DNA from: Oscillibacter sp.
GTDB lineage: Bacteria; Bacillota; Clostridia; Oscillospirales; Oscillospiraceae
Direction of reading: 5' to 3'
Assembly: GCA_017526785.1 (NCBI GenBank)
Contig: JAFXQV010000031.1
Coordinates: 38,624 to 102,623, forward strand
DNA: 64,000 bases
Program-made: the position numbers and the translations under genes
In this document: positions 16,210-26,739 of the stretch, piece by piece
Position numbering within the stretch: the stretch's first letter is position 1
Layout: each line of letters opens with the position of its first letter
Notes under the pieces: generated by a model
What the model saw: only the letters and a program-made list of their open reading frames with translations
Told to the model about the DNA's origin: nothing
The model's database searches: none

Positions 16210-17385
16210 TTAGGCCTGTCCCAAAATCCTGAGACTGCGTTCCGTGACCCGTCCGTGTTCCATGTAGAGGCGGGGAACGCGCTTGCTGACGGCGCAGACA
16301 AGTTCGTATGGAATCGTGTCCAGCATGGCGGCGAGGGCGTCGGCGGACTGGTGCGCGCCGAATACCTCCAACGCGTCGCCGACGTGGACTTCCGGCAGTG
16401 CGGACAGGTCAACCATGGTCATGTCCATGCAGATACGCCCCAAAATCGGCGCGGAGCCGTACGGCGTCCAGAGTTCGAGGCGGTTCGAGAAACCCCGGAA
16501 AAGTCCGTCGGCGTAGCCGATGGGCAGTACCCCGACGCGGCGTCTGTCCGGGGTGCGGTACATGCGTCCGTAGCTGATGGGCGTGTCCGCGTCAAAGACC
16601 TTAATCGTCGATACGCAGGAGTACAGCGACATCACCGGGCGCAGTCCGAGTGCGGCGGCGTCGTCGCCGAGGCCGTAGAGCGCGATACCCGGGCGCACCA
16701 TGTCCAGATACGTTTCGGGGTAGCGGGCTAACGCGCCGCTGTTGGCGCAGTGCCGAAGGCGGAAACGGCGTCCGCGTTTGGCGAGCGCGTCCAGCACGTC
16801 CGTAAAGACCGAAAACTGTTCCATGGCGTAGGCGCGGTCGCCGGGTTCGTCGGAATCGGACGTGGAGAAGTGCGTGAAGATGCCCTCTGCGTCGAGGCAC
16901 GGCAACGCGCAGGCCTTGGCGATAGCGTCCACGCCGCCCGCGAAGTGTTCCCCGCGCACCAGAAAGCCTAAGCGCGACATGCCCGTATCCACTTTGATAT
17001 GTACCCGCAGGACGCCGCCGGACGCTTCCGCCGCCTGACTGTATTCCTCCGCCTTGGCCAGCGCGGAGACGGTCTGCGTCAGATTGTGGCGAATCAGTTG
17101 GGGCGTCATTTCGGGGGGCGTGTGGCCGAGAATCAGCACGGGCGTTGTAATGCCGCCGCGCCGGAGTTCCCGCGCCTCGTCGAGACTGGACACGGCCAAG
17201 TAGTCACAGCCCAACATCTGGAGTTTCCGCGAGACCTGTAGCGCCCCGTGGCCGTAGGCGTCGGCCTTGACGACGCCCAAGTAGCGGACATCCGCGCCGA
17301 TTTTGTCCCGCGCCGCGCGGTAGTTGTGGGACAGGGCGTCCAAGTCGATTTCCGCCCACGTCCGGCGCAGTATTTCTTCTTCCAT
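16210..17385 (-). CDS. alr: Alanine racemase
   Basis: 391 aa. Contains VVKADAYGHGA (PLP lysine) and the C-terminal YGR...GRICMD pattern. Confidence 0.95.
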   Translation of the reverse strand: MEEEILRRTWAEIDLDALSHNYRAARDKIGADVRYLGVVKADAYGHGALQVSRKLQMLGCDYLAVSSLDEARELRRGGITTPVLILGHTPPEMTPQLIRHNLTQTVSALAKAEEYSQAAEASGGVLRVHIKVDTGMSRLGFLVRGEHFAGGVDAIAKACALPCLDAEGIFTHFSTSDSDEPGDRAYAMEQFSVFTDVLDALAKRGRRFRLRHCANSGALARYPETYLDMVRPGIALYGLGDDAAALGLRPVMSLYSCVSTIKVFDADTPISYGRMYRTPDRRRVGVLPIGYADGLFRGFSNRLELWTPYGSAPILGRICMDMTMVDLSALPEVHVGDALEVFGAHQSADALAAMLDTIPYELVCAVSKRVPRLYMEHGRVTERSLRILGQA

Positions 17386-17412
17386 ATAAACTTCCTCCCT
17401 CTTGCGTACGGT

Positions 17413-18015
17413 TCAAGAAACCGTTTCCTCCATTATATCAGAAAACGCGAACGATGTAAAGTCCGCCGTCATTACAGTTTGGTCGTCGACGGCGATTTCC
17501 CCGCGCAGTGGGGTTCCGTCCGACTGCTTCAGCCAGAGCGTGTAAAACAGTTTCCCGCCCGCCGCGCCGGACGTGTCCACGGTCAGCCGTACGCATGGGA
17601 CGCCGTTCCAGTCCTCGGCGTTTTGTTCCAAAAGCCAGCCGTCGCGGAGCGCGTCCAGAAGCGCCGGGAGCGCGTCCGCCGGACTGAGCCCCTCCGCGCT
17701 GACGCGTCCGGCGTTCAGACGCCGCCCGTCGGCCTGCAACTGCCGGGCGTCGCCGTCGAGAATCACCTTGACGCCCGCTATCGTGTCGGGCGACACCACC
17801 TCTATGACGCGTTCGCCGTCGGGCGCGTACGCGCACTGCAACACGGCCTCCCAAGGCGCGCCGTACTCCGTACAGCGTACCGTTGCCGTCATGTCACAGC
17901 CGCGCATGGCCTGATAGCGCGCGCGGAGCGCGTCCGCGCCGTTCTGGCGTTCCCCGCCGCAGGCCGAAAGCGCCAGACACGCGATTATCATTTGTGCGAA
18001 AAAACGCTTTCGCAC
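17413..18015 (-). CDS. Lipoprotein, YdcC-like (possible LolA-fold)
   Basis: 200 aa. Lipobox LALSAC. Its position between the nnr-type gene and alr mirrors B. subtilis ydcC. Family assignment rests on synteny only. Confidence 0.5.
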   Translation of the reverse strand: MRKRFFAQMIIACLALSACGGERQNGADALRARYQAMRGCDMTATVRCTEYGAPWEAVLQCAYAPDGERVIEVVSPDTIAGVKVILDGDARQLQADGRRLNAGRVSAEGLSPADALPALLDALRDGWLLEQNAEDWNGVPCVRLTVDTSGAAGGKLFYTLWLKQSDGTPLRGEIAVDDQTVMTADFTSFAFSDIMEETVS

Positions 18016-18030
18016 TCTGAAAGCCTCCTG

Positions 18031-18912
18031 TCAATCCGTCTCCATGAGTTCGGCGAACGCCAGCGGGAACGCCCCGATGACGTCCAGCGGCGTCATTGCG
18101 TACGGCGTGAGCGCGTCGGCGGCGTAGTCGGCGGCGCGTCCGTGAATCCAGACGCCCACGGCGGCGGCCTGTACGGGCGTCGCGCCTTGCGCCAGCAACG
18201 ACGCGATAAGGCCTGTCAGCACGTCGCCGCTCCCGCCTTTCGACAGCCCGGAATTTCCGGTCGTGTTCACAAGCACCGTCCCCGACGGCGTGGCGGTAAT
18301 CGTTCGGTGTCCTTTCAGGACTAAGATACAGCCGTATGTCGTGGCGAAGTCACGCGCCTGCTGTACGCGGTCGGTGACGGGTGCGCCGGAGAGCCGCGAG
18401 AACTCCCCCTCGTGGGGCGTCAGAATCGTGACGCGCCCGCGCCGCTCCGACAGTATATGTATATGTCCGCTGAGCGCGTTTATGCCGTCGGCGTCCAAGA
18501 CAACGGGTTTCGGCGTGTCGCGCAGGACGGAACAGACGCTATCCGCGACGCCCTCGAAGCGTCCGAGACCGCAACCGATTGCGAGTACGTCGCAGGCCTG
18601 TAACTGTCCGTTGAGCGCGGGCAGGGCGTCGGGCGTGAGGGCGTCGGCGTCGCCGAGCGCGACCGGAATCGACGCCACACAGCGCGACGCCTCTACATCC
18701 CAGATACCGCCCGGAACGCCAAGAAATACCAGTCCGCAACCCGAACCGACGGCCGCCGACGCCATCAGGTACGGCGCTCCGGTGTACGCCCGCGAGCCGC
18801 CGACTAAAAACACTTTGCCGAAGTCGCCTTTATGCCCGTCGGGCTTGCGCGGCGGCAGTGCGCAACGGGCGAACGCTACGCCCACCTGTATGAGTTTTTT
18901 GTCTTGCTCCAT
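18031..18912 (-). CDS. nnrD: ADP-dependent NAD(P)H-hydrate dehydratase (YjeF C-terminal type)
   Basis: 293 aa from MEQDKK. Contains HKGDFGKVFLVGGS, VLDADG and GNSGLSKGGSGDVLTG. The ORF-track start at 19092 overlaps cls and is rejected. Confidence 0.88.
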   Translation of the reverse strand: MEQDKKLIQVGVAFARCALPPRKPDGHKGDFGKVFLVGGSRAYTGAPYLMASAAVGSGCGLVFLGVPGGIWDVEASRCVASIPVALGDADALTPDALPALNGQLQACDVLAIGCGLGRFEGVADSVCSVLRDTPKPVVLDADGINALSGHIHILSERRGRVTILTPHEGEFSRLSGAPVTDRVQQARDFATTYGCILVLKGHRTITATPSGTVLVNTTGNSGLSKGGSGDVLTGLIASLLAQGATPVQAAAVGVWIHGRAADYAADALTPYAMTPLDVIGAFPLAFAELMETD

Positions 18913-18926
18913 CGTATTTCTCCTAA

Positions 18927-20504
18927 TTACAGCCAGATTGCGCCGAGTTTCAGCACGGACGCCGCCAGACGCCGTGACCACGGACGCGCCTCCCACGCCT
19001 CCAGCGTGTATAACTCGCTCTGTGCCATGACGCTTTCCAAGTCCCGCCGGATGTCCCGGACAACGGGCATGTGGTAGAGGAGAACGCCGCATTCATAGTG
19101 TAGTTGGAACGTGCGGTAATCCATGTTCGTGGAGCCGACAAGCGCGGCCTCCCCGTCCACAAGCACGCTTTTGGCGTGCAGGAACCCGGGCGTGTAGCGG
19201 TAAATCCGGACGCCGTGGCGTAACAGTTGTCCCCAGTAGGTTTCCGCCACAAGATACGCTAACTTGTGGTCGGGAATCGCCGGAACGCAAAGGCGCACAT
19301 CCACCCCGGCGTCCGCCGCGATACATAGCGCCGTCTGTATGGCCTCCTCGACGGCGTAGTAGGGCGTGGTGATATACAACGTGCGTTGCGCGGACGAAAT
19401 CAGTTGCAGGTACGTTTCCTCTATGGGGTAGTCCGGATTCCGGAAGGGGCCGTCGGAGAACGGCTGGCAGTACCCGGACGCCGCCGGGAATGTGCGGCGG
19501 GGGCGGTAGTCGTCGTCGGGGCGCGAGAGCGTGCGCCCCAGCATTTTCCAGAGCCGGATAAAGTACGCCGCGAAGCCCCACGCGCCGGAACCGTGCAGGC
19601 GTACGGCGCTGTCTTTCCAGTGTCCGAAGCGCTCGACAAGGTTCGCGTACTCGTCGGCGAGATTGATTCCGCCCGTGTAGGCCGTTTCGCCGTCGACGAC
19701 GGCGATTTTCCGGTGGTCGCGGTAGTTGAAGTACACGCGCCCGATATAGCGGTGTACGGGGTTGAACATCTGCGCGTCAATGCGGGCGTCGCGCAAGGCT
19801 TGGAGCGCGTCGCCCGAGAAGCGGAACAGATTCCCGAAGTCGTCGAAAATGATACGGATTTCCACCCCGGCGGCGGCGCGTTCGCGCAGGGCGTCGAAAA
19901 GGGCGTCCCAGACCCGCCCCTCCGCCAAGATATAGTATTCCAGAAAAATATAACGTTGTGCGCGGCGGATATCGGCTATGAGGCTCTCGAAGAACGCCGC
20001 GCCGTCCGGAAAGTAGCGCGCCGTGGTGTCGCGGAAAAGCCAACAGTCGCGCTTCATGAGGTACGCGGCGAGGCGTCCCCACGCCGGGGAGCGCCCCCGG
20101 AGTGCCGACAGGTTCCGGGCGTAGTCAAGACGGCGTTCGCGGCTCTCCGGCACGGGCGGGACGGGTTTCAGGCTCAGGCGTTTCGACTGCCGCGTACCGC
20201 CCCAGAAGCAAAACAGTATCATGCCCGGAACGGGCGTCGCGGTCAGCAGGCACATCCACGCCAGTTTGTAGCTCGGGCTTCCCGCGCGCTGGTACACCCA
20301 CAGCGCCACCGCCATGGCCGCGATTTCCAAGAGCAGATAGGCGTATCCGGCGTTCTCCCGCAGAAACGCCGTCAGCAGAAGCGTAATGGAAATCTGCCCA
20401 ATGACCGTCGCCGCACAGACGAAAATGGACACTCCGGCGGAAATACGGCGTTCCACGCGCCGTTCCGCCTCCTGTCTGGCGTCCGGCGTCCATTGACCCG
20501 ACAT
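18927..20504 (-). CDS. cls: Cardiolipin synthase (PLD superfamily)
   Basis: 525 aa from MSGQW, with an AAGGGAG RBS. N-terminal TM helices and two HKD motifs (HRKIAVVDG..., HAKSVLVDG...). Confidence 0.92.
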   Translation of the reverse strand: MSGQWTPDARQEAERRVERRISAGVSIFVCAATVIGQISITLLLTAFLRENAGYAYLLLEIAAMAVALWVYQRAGSPSYKLAWMCLLTATPVPGMILFCFWGGTRQSKRLSLKPVPPVPESRERRLDYARNLSALRGRSPAWGRLAAYLMKRDCWLFRDTTARYFPDGAAFFESLIADIRRAQRYIFLEYYILAEGRVWDALFDALRERAAAGVEIRIIFDDFGNLFRFSGDALQALRDARIDAQMFNPVHRYIGRVYFNYRDHRKIAVVDGETAYTGGINLADEYANLVERFGHWKDSAVRLHGSGAWGFAAYFIRLWKMLGRTLSRPDDDYRPRRTFPAASGYCQPFSDGPFRNPDYPIEETYLQLISSAQRTLYITTPYYAVEEAIQTALCIAADAGVDVRLCVPAIPDHKLAYLVAETYWGQLLRHGVRIYRYTPGFLHAKSVLVDGEAALVGSTNMDYRTFQLHYECGVLLYHMPVVRDIRRDLESVMAQSELYTLEAWEARPWSRRLAASVLKLGAIWL

Positions 20505-20574
20505 AAAAACTCCCTTCTTAATTTCTCCTCTCTTTCTGTATTCGCCCTCCCGCTGTGGGGAGGGCTGAAATTTC

Positions 20575-21042
20575 TTATGAGTACGGAACTTCGCCTTTGA
20601 TTTCGACTTCTTCCTGTACGCGTTCCAGCGTGACATTCATCCGTAACGCCTGACTGGGCGCTATCGTGTAACTGAGCAGACCGTTCTTGTAGGTAAAGTC
20701 CCTCTTTGCGTCTCTGGAAGCGTACCGGAATACACGCGGACCGATATTTTCCGGCAGTTTGTTTTCGGATGTCCATGTGTACGGCTCTTTTCCGTCCTCC
20801 GGGGGTTCAAAAGAGCCGTACCAGAAAAGATTGGTGCTTCCGTCGGCGGTGTAGTAATAGTAAATTTCAATATAGTCATCGGTGATACGGGCGAGGTGGT
20901 AATAGTCCGGCTCCTTGTCGTCGCCGAGAACCTGTTGCCACTGCCCGCGCAAATCGGGCGGCTCCTTGGGTTCCGTCCGACAGGCGGAGAGCGTCAGACA
21001 CAGTAAGAGCGTCAACGGCAAAAGCGCGTAGCGGGGTTTCAT
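20575..21042 (-). CDS. Hypothetical lipoprotein
   Basis: 155 aa. Signal peptide with lipobox LTLSAC. No recognisable family. Confidence 0.6.
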   Translation of the reverse strand: MKPRYALLPLTLLLCLTLSACRTEPKEPPDLRGQWQQVLGDDKEPDYYHLARITDDYIEIYYYYTADGSTNLFWYGSFEPPEDGKEPYTWTSENKLPENIGPRVFRYASRDAKRDFTYKNGLLSYTIAPSQALRMNVTLERVQEEVEIKGEVPYS

Positions 21043-21048
21043 GGATTG

Positions 21049-22650
21049 TTAGGCCTCCCATTTTTCAAGCAACTGTTTCAACTGGTCTGCGAAGCGCGCA
21101 AGGGATTTGTTGTCGCGCCCCTTGGAACGCTTGATAGACTCGTTGAGAATCTGCCCCATCTTGACAAGGCGCTCGTACGGGGCGCTGAATCGGCCGCTTC
21201 CGGAGACTTTCTGCTTCCGGGCGGGAAGATAGCCCCGCTCCAAGAGCGTGTTCGTGATGAGGTCGTAGACTTCCGTGTACTGCGGCGAATGCGCCGGAAT
21301 GCCTTTCGCGTTGAGCGTCTGCGCGAAATACGGCGCTACCTCCCGGTCGCCGTGGACAACGAATACCTGTTGCGGCTTCGGGTTCGTGAAGTCGCTAATC
21401 CACTCTATGAGGTGGTCGCGGTCGGCGTGGGACGACATCCCCTGCAAGTTCATAATCTTGGCGTGTACGGCGATTTCCTCCCCGAACAGTTTCACGCTCT
21501 CCGCGCCCTCCAAGAGTGTCCGGCCTAACGTACCCTCGCCCTGATAGCCCACGAAAAGCACGGTGCATTCCGGCCGCCATAGATTGTGTTTCAGGTGGTG
21601 CCGGATACGCCCGGCCTCGCACATGCCCGACGCCGACAAAATGACTTTCGGTGTCGGGTCGGTGTTGAGTTCGCGGGATTCCTCCACGCTCTCCGTCATG
21701 CGCAAGCCGTCGAACGAGAACATATGCGTTCCGCCCTTGACGAGTTTCAGGGCGTCGTAGTCGAGGTATTGCAGCAAGTCGCCCTTGAAGATTTCGGTAG
21801 CGCGGCGGGCAAGCGGAGAGTCAATGTAAACCTGAAAGTCCGGCCTGCTTCTGACTTCGTGCTTGTCCTTGATTTCGCGGATAAAGTAGAGCAATTCCTG
21901 CGTACGCCCGACGGCGAACGAGGGAATAATCAGATTTCCGCCCCGCGCCATGGTCTCGTCGATGATTGCGGCGAGGTTGTCGCGGTAACTCCAGACCCCG
22001 CTATGGTTGCGGTCGCCGTACGTGGATTCCATGACGACGTAATCCGCGCCGTGGAAATGCACCGGGTCGCGTATAATCGGCTGGTTGACGTTCCCGAGGT
22101 CGCCCGAAAAGACAATCCGTTTCGTGACGCCGTTTTCGGTCAAGTCCATGGCGATACAGGCCGAGCCGAGCAAGTGTCCGGCGTCCACAAATTCGACTTC
22201 CACCCCGTCGTATAAGTCGATAATCTCGCCGTATTCGCAAGTGGTCATATACTTCATGACGGCTTCGGCGTCCTCCGGGGTGTAGAGCGGTTCCACGCGC
22301 TCCATGCCCGAACGTTCCGCTTTGCGGTTCTTCCATTCGGCGTCCTGCATTTGGATGTAGGCCGAGTCCAAGAGCATGATTTCGAGCAGGTCGGCGGTGA
22401 TACGGGTCGTGAGAATGCGCCCCCGGAAACCCTGCTTGACCAGCAGGGGAAGGCGGCCGGAGTGGTCAATGTGGGCGTGGGTGACGAGTACGCAGTCAAT
22501 TTCTTGCGGGCTGAAGGGGAATTCGTGGTTGGATACTTCGTCGCGGCCTTGCTGTAGGCCGCAGTCGATAAGGATTTTCTTTCCGTTGACCTCCAAGCAG
22601 TGACAGCTCCCCGTCACGCACTGGTCAGCGCCGTAAAAGTACAGCTTCAT
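21049..22650 (-). CDS. MBL-fold beta-CASP family hydrolase (probable RNA-metabolising nuclease)
   Basis: 533 aa from MKLYFYG. Contains HAHIDHSG (HxHxDH), beta-CASP region motifs, and C-terminal SSHAD...VHGD. Confidence 0.8.
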   Translation of the reverse strand: MKLYFYGADQCVTGSCHCLEVNGKKILIDCGLQQGRDEVSNHEFPFSPQEIDCVLVTHAHIDHSGRLPLLVKQGFRGRILTTRITADLLEIMLLDSAYIQMQDAEWKNRKAERSGMERVEPLYTPEDAEAVMKYMTTCEYGEIIDLYDGVEVEFVDAGHLLGSACIAMDLTENGVTKRIVFSGDLGNVNQPIIRDPVHFHGADYVVMESTYGDRNHSGVWSYRDNLAAIIDETMARGGNLIIPSFAVGRTQELLYFIREIKDKHEVRSRPDFQVYIDSPLARRATEIFKGDLLQYLDYDALKLVKGGTHMFSFDGLRMTESVEESRELNTDPTPKVILSASGMCEAGRIRHHLKHNLWRPECTVLFVGYQGEGTLGRTLLEGAESVKLFGEEIAVHAKIMNLQGMSSHADRDHLIEWISDFTNPKPQQVFVVHGDREVAPYFAQTLNAKGIPAHSPQYTEVYDLITNTLLERGYLPARKQKVSGSGRFSAPYERLVKMGQILNESIKRSKGRDNKSLARFADQLKQLLEKWEA

Positions 22651-22703
22651 AAAAACGCGCCTCCTTTCCATGGCATGGCGTCCTGTCGGTACAATGTATG
22701 TTT

Positions 22704-22732
22704 ATTTTAGCACATTTCTTTGGAAACTGCAA
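22704..22732 (-). promoter_or_regulatory. Promoter of the beta-CASP gene (extended -10)
   Basis: Minus strand TTGCAG (22732-22727), 17 nt, TGC-TAAAAT (-10 at 22709-22704). Confidence 0.5.
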
Positions 22733-22813
22733 GGGGAATTTTTGTGCGGATTGCACAGAACAGGCTTGACGGAATGGAAAATCAACGGTCGAATTTGTGC
22801 GAAATGACGGATA

Positions 22814-23686
22814 TCACGGAAACAGGGTCTCGTCGCGTACTTCCCCCGTGGCCACGACGTTTGTCGAACCCGTGAGGAACAGTCCGGTAATGGCGTCGCC
22901 GTCGCGCTCCACGTCCACGCGAAGCGTGCCGCCGGTCATGTCGGCGCGGAAGTCGCGGCCGGACACCAGTCCGCGGAGTGTCAGCACCGCCGCCACCGAC
23001 GCCGTACCCGTGCCGCAGGCGTACGTGAAATCCTCGACGCCGCGCTCAAATGTGCGTTCGTACACGCGGTTCTCCCCCGCCAGCTCGTAAAAGTTGACGT
23101 TCGCGCCCTTCGGAAACGCCTTGTGCCAGCGGAACGCCCGCCCGAGTTCGCGCAACGCGTTTTCGTCGGCGTCGCGCAGTCCCGGATACGCCACCACGGC
23201 GTGGGGAAGCCCGGGGTTCCCAAGCTCCACATACGCGCATTCCCACGGACGCCCGTCAACCTCTATGACGCGCCGCAAATCAATGGTCGTCGGGTCGTTG
23301 AGGCGTACCCGGTACGAACGGCGGTCGATACGCTCCCCGGTGACAATTCCGGCCGTCGTCTCGACGCGCTGACGCTCTCCGGCCAAGCCGTTTTCGTAGC
23401 CGTAGCGGCAAATACAACGCGCCCCGTTGCCGCACATCTCCCCCGGACTGCCGTCCGAGTTATAGAACCACATCCGGAAATCGCCGCCCCGCGTCGGCGC
23501 GTCCACGACCATCAGCCCGTCCGCCCCGATTGACAAGTGCCGCTCACACAGTGTCTTCGCGAGGCGCGGGAAGTCCTCCGGCGAAAGCCGCTCCTCCAAG
23601 TTGTTCAGAATCACGAAATCATTGCCCGCGCCGTTCATCTTCCAGAATCGCAAGCCGTCCGCCTCCATTTCCTGATAATGCGCCAT
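22814..23686 (-). CDS. dapF: Diaminopimelate epimerase
   Basis: Contains FWKMNGAGNDFVIL, MCGNGARC and ACGTGT (the two catalytic Cys motifs). The start is ambiguous (23713, 23686 or 23668). Confidence 0.92.
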   Translation of the reverse strand: MAHYQEMEADGLRFWKMNGAGNDFVILNNLEERLSPEDFPRLAKTLCERHLSIGADGLMVVDAPTRGGDFRMWFYNSDGSPGEMCGNGARCICRYGYENGLAGERQRVETTAGIVTGERIDRRSYRVRLNDPTTIDLRRVIEVDGRPWECAYVELGNPGLPHAVVAYPGLRDADENALRELGRAFRWHKAFPKGANVNFYELAGENRVYERTFERGVEDFTYACGTGTASVAAVLTLRGLVSGRDFRADMTGGTLRVDVERDGDAITGLFLTGSTNVVATGEVRDETLFP

Positions 23687-23916
23687 TATACCACAGCCGC
23701 CCGTGTCGGACAACCGAAAATTTCGTCACGCCGGAAAATTAAAGCGGGATTCCGTCCCGCCATATCCGCGAAAATCAAGAGAAAATTTCCTGTTCCCTGT
23801 TGACAGTCGCGCCCGAAACGGTTAAACTAAATGCGGTATATTCGGCGCGCCATAGGGGTAGGCCGCCGGACGCCTCATCAACGCTAACCGATACCGAATG
23901 ATTGGAGGAACCGCAA

Positions 23917-25461
23917 ATGCCATGGTACATCTCCGGCTCCATTGGGCTGGCGATTGGCGCGCTTGTGTTCTTTCTGCTCGGTATTCGCTACCGGAAATCC
24001 ACGGAGAGAAAAACCATCGGGGAAGCCGAAGACCGCGCCCTGTCCATCATCAACGATGCCCACCAGCGCGCCGAGTCCAAAACCCGGGAAGCCCTCTTGG
24101 AAGCAAACGAGAAGATTCTGAAAGACCGCAGCGAATATGAGAAGGAAGTCCGCGAGCGCCGCACCGAACTACAGCGGCAGGAAAACCGCTTACAGCAAAA
24201 GGAAGATAACCTTGACCGCAAGTTAGACACCATCGAGAAGAAGGAAGAAGACCTTGTCCGGAAACATGCGGCCGTCGACGAAGCCCGTGCCGAGGCCGAG
24301 CGTATCAAGCAGGAACAAATGGCGCTCCTTGAGCGCATTTCCGGCTTTACGCCCGACCAAGCCCGCGCCTACTTAATCCAGCAGGTCGAGGCCGATGTCA
24401 CCCACGAAACCGCCCTGAAAATCAAGGAAGTCGAGTCCCGCATGAAGGAGGAATGCGAAGCCCGCGCCCGCGAGGTCGTCGCGCAGGCCATCCAGCGCTG
24501 CGCCGCCGACCAGACCGCCGAAATGACCGTCAGTGTGGTTCCCCTGCCCAATGACGAGATGAAGGGACGCATTATCGGACGCGAAGGCCGTAATATCCGT
24601 TCCATCGAGACCCTGACAGGCGTCGACCTCATCATAGACGACACCCCGGAAGCCATTACCATTTCGTGCTTTGAACCCGTCCGCCGCGAGATTGCGCGTG
24701 TCGCGCTGGAAAAACTGATTGCTGACGGGCGAATCCACCCCACCCACATTGAGGAAACCGTCGAACGCGCCCGGCGCGACGTGGAAGCCACGATTAAGGC
24801 GGAGGGAGAGCGCGCCGTGTTCGAGTGCGGCGTGCGCAACCTGCACCCCGAACTTGTCAAGATGATTGGGCGCTTGCACTACCGCACCAGTTACGGCCAG
24901 AACATCTTACAGCACTCCATCGAAGTCAGCCACTTGGCCGGAATCATGGCCGCCGAACTCGGCGCGGACGCGCAGGTAGCCCGCCGCGCCGGACTTCTCC
25001 ACGACCTCGGCAAGGCCGTCGACCACGAAATGGAGGGTACCCACGTCGCGCTGGGCGTGGAGTTCGCCCGGAAGTTCCGCGAGCGCGAAGAGGTCATACA
25101 CGCTATCGAAGCCCACCACAACGACGTGGAGCCGCGGACACTCATTGCCTGTCTGGTACAGGCCGCCGACGCGATATCGGCGGCGCGTCCCGGAGCGCGG
25201 CGCGAAAATCTCGAAAACTACATCAAGCGTCTGGAACAGTTGGAGGAAATCACAAACTCCTATCCGGGCGTAGATAAGGCGTACGCGATTCAGGCCGGGC
25301 GGGAAGTCCGCGTCATGGTCAAGCCCGAACAGGTCAGCGAAGACCAAATGGTGATTATGGCGCGTGACCTCGCCAAGAAGATTGAAAACGAAATGGAGTA
25401 CCCCGGACAAATCAAGGTACACGTCCTCCGGGAAACAAAAGTCGTCGAATACGCGAAATAA
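23917..25461 (+). CDS. rny: Ribonuclease Y
   Basis: N-terminal TM helix, coiled-coil region, KH domain ([12 protein letters not shown]) and HD domain (LLHDLGKA). ATG 23917 lies 8 nt after GGAGG; the ORF-track start 23902 is a TTG. Confidence 0.95.
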   Translation: MPWYISGSIGLAIGALVFFLLGIRYRKSTERKTIGEAEDRALSIINDAHQRAESKTREALLEANEKILKDRSEYEKEVRERRTELQRQENRLQQKEDNLDRKLDTIEKKEEDLVRKHAAVDEARAEAERIKQEQMALLERISGFTPDQARAYLIQQVEADVTHETALKIKEVESRMKEECEARAREVVAQAIQRCAADQTAEMTVSVVPLPNDEMKGRIIGREGRNIRSIETLTGVDLIIDDTPEAITISCFEPVRREIARVALEKLIADGRIHPTHIEETVERARRDVEATIKAEGERAVFECGVRNLHPELVKMIGRLHYRTSYGQNILQHSIEVSHLAGIMAAELGADAQVARRAGLLHDLGKAVDHEMEGTHVALGVEFARKFREREEVIHAIEAHHNDVEPRTLIACLVQAADAISAARPGARRENLENYIKRLEQLEEITNSYPGVDKAYAIQAGREVRVMVKPEQVSEDQMVIMARDLAKKIENEMEYPGQIKVHVLRETKVVEYAK

Positions 25462-25468
25462 GCGCTCA

Positions 25469-25500
25469 GGGGCCGTGACCCTTGCGGCCCCGCTTTCGTT
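25469..25500 (+). terminator. rny terminator
   Basis: Stem GGGGCCG/CGGCCCC followed by GCTTTCGTTT. Confidence 0.6.
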
Positions 25501-25530
25501 TATCAGTTACTAATTTAAGGAGGCAAGAGC

Positions 25531-26073
25531 ATGGCTGCGTTTCTTGCTTTGGCTGTTTTTATCGGGTCGGAATATGCGGGCTGGCATTTTTTCGGCAAAA
25601 TCGGCCTGATTGTCGTCACGGCTCTTTGGCTCCTCCTGATTTTCCTTGCCTCGTCGGACGAAGAAAAGGGTGCGTTTCTGGGCTGTGCTTTCATTATCGG
25701 CCTTGAATACGCCGGATGGCGCTTTTTCGGCAAAAACGGCGTGATTGGCGCCACGGTCATTTGGATTGGCGTCGGGCTGATTGCCTATGCGCTGACGCCC
25801 GAAGAGCATGTGGAACTTTACGGCCCCAAGGATGAGAAACACAGATTGAAAATAGGAATGCGTCTCCATCGGTTTGACAACAATCAGTCCGTGGAATGCG
25901 AAATCATCAGAGTGTTGGACGAAAAAAGCGCCATTGTAAGAGACCAGTACGGGCAGGAGATACGCATTTCAAGGGAAAATCTTGGAATGTCAAAGAAAGG
26001 AAAAGTCACGAAAACTCATTATTCCTATGGTTTTTTCGTCTCCGACACCGGGCAAAGGTATTATCCAAGGTGA
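25531..26073 (+). CDS. Small membrane protein, paralog A (internally duplicated TM module plus conserved C-terminal domain)
   Basis: 180 aa, AAGGAGG RBS. Internal repeat (SEYAGWHFFGKIGLIV / LEYAGWRFFGKNGVIG). The C-terminal HRFDNNQSVECEIIRVLDEKSAIVRD...IRISR...FVSDTGQRYYP is shared with paralog B. Confidence 0.65.
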   Translation: MAAFLALAVFIGSEYAGWHFFGKIGLIVVTALWLLLIFLASSDEEKGAFLGCAFIIGLEYAGWRFFGKNGVIGATVIWIGVGLIAYALTPEEHVELYGPKDEKHRLKIGMRLHRFDNNQSVECEIIRVLDEKSAIVRDQYGQEIRISRENLGMSKKGKVTKTHYSYGFFVSDTGQRYYPR

Positions 26074-26178
26074 ATCTCTGTCAGGCACGGCGCGAAAGCG
26101 CATGGGAAAACGGAACCGCGTATCCTTGCGGTTCCGTGATGAAAACAACGTCTTTACAACGAAGTGGGGGAATAAGTT

Positions 26179-26640
26179 ATGGTAGTTGCCGTGTTGGTTT
26201 TTATGATAACTTCCATCAGTATGCTGTGGCAGACTTTCGGCGCGGTTGCCGGAATTATCACAACGGCTCTTTGGGTTCTCTTTTTCGCGTGGTGCTTTTC
26301 TTGGGGAAAACGGCAGGAAGAGGAGAAACAACGCGAGCAGGAACGAATCAGGCGGGAGGAGTCGAACCGTGACCATGATTACCGCGTAGGCAACAACTAT
26401 TATCACGGTCTAAAACTCCGTCCGGGTCAGCCCTATCACCGTTTCGACGGCGACAGGTGCGTAAACTGCGAAATCGTGGAGGCGCTCGACGACGTGAGCG
26501 CTATCCTCAAAGACCCCTCCGGGCGCAGGATACGCGTTTCCAGACGACTTAGCGACACCATAAACGGGACAAACTACTATACCCGATACCTCTTTTCCGA
26601 CAGCGGCGTGACGTATTCGCCGGGCTGGTTTGACAACTGA
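26179..26640 (+). CDS. Small membrane protein, paralog B
   Basis: 153 aa. Two TM helices, a charged linker, and C-terminal HRFDGDRCVNCEIVEALDDVSAILKD...IRVSR...LFSDSGVTYSP. The 3' flank (CTGTCAG.CACGGCGCGAAAG) is also duplicated after paralog A. Confidence 0.65.
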   Translation: MVVAVLVFMITSISMLWQTFGAVAGIITTALWVLFFAWCFSWGKRQEEEKQREQERIRREESNRDHDYRVGNNYYHGLKLRPGQPYHRFDGDRCVNCEIVEALDDVSAILKDPSGRRIRVSRRLSDTINGTNYYTRYLFSDSGVTYSPGWFDN

Positions 26641-26700
26641 CGAAAGCAAGGAAAACTTTCCTGTCAGACGCACGGCGCGAAAGTGCCAATCAAAACAGGA

Positions 26701-26733
26701 ACGGGACCGCATACCCAAGCGGCCCCGTTTTTT
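26701..26733 (+). terminator. Terminator after paralog B
   Basis: Stem ACGGGACCGC/GCGGCCCCGT followed by T6. Confidence 0.65.
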
Positions 26734-26739
26734 CGTCAG

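Noticed and set aside
26410-26739. The C-terminal two-thirds of the 182-aa ORF 26410-26958(-)
   Set aside because: This part overlaps paralog B and its terminator on the opposite strand. Its translation (RLGMRSRSCFDWHFRAVRLTGK...) is not protein-like. Only the first ~65 residues resemble a Uma2 N-terminus.
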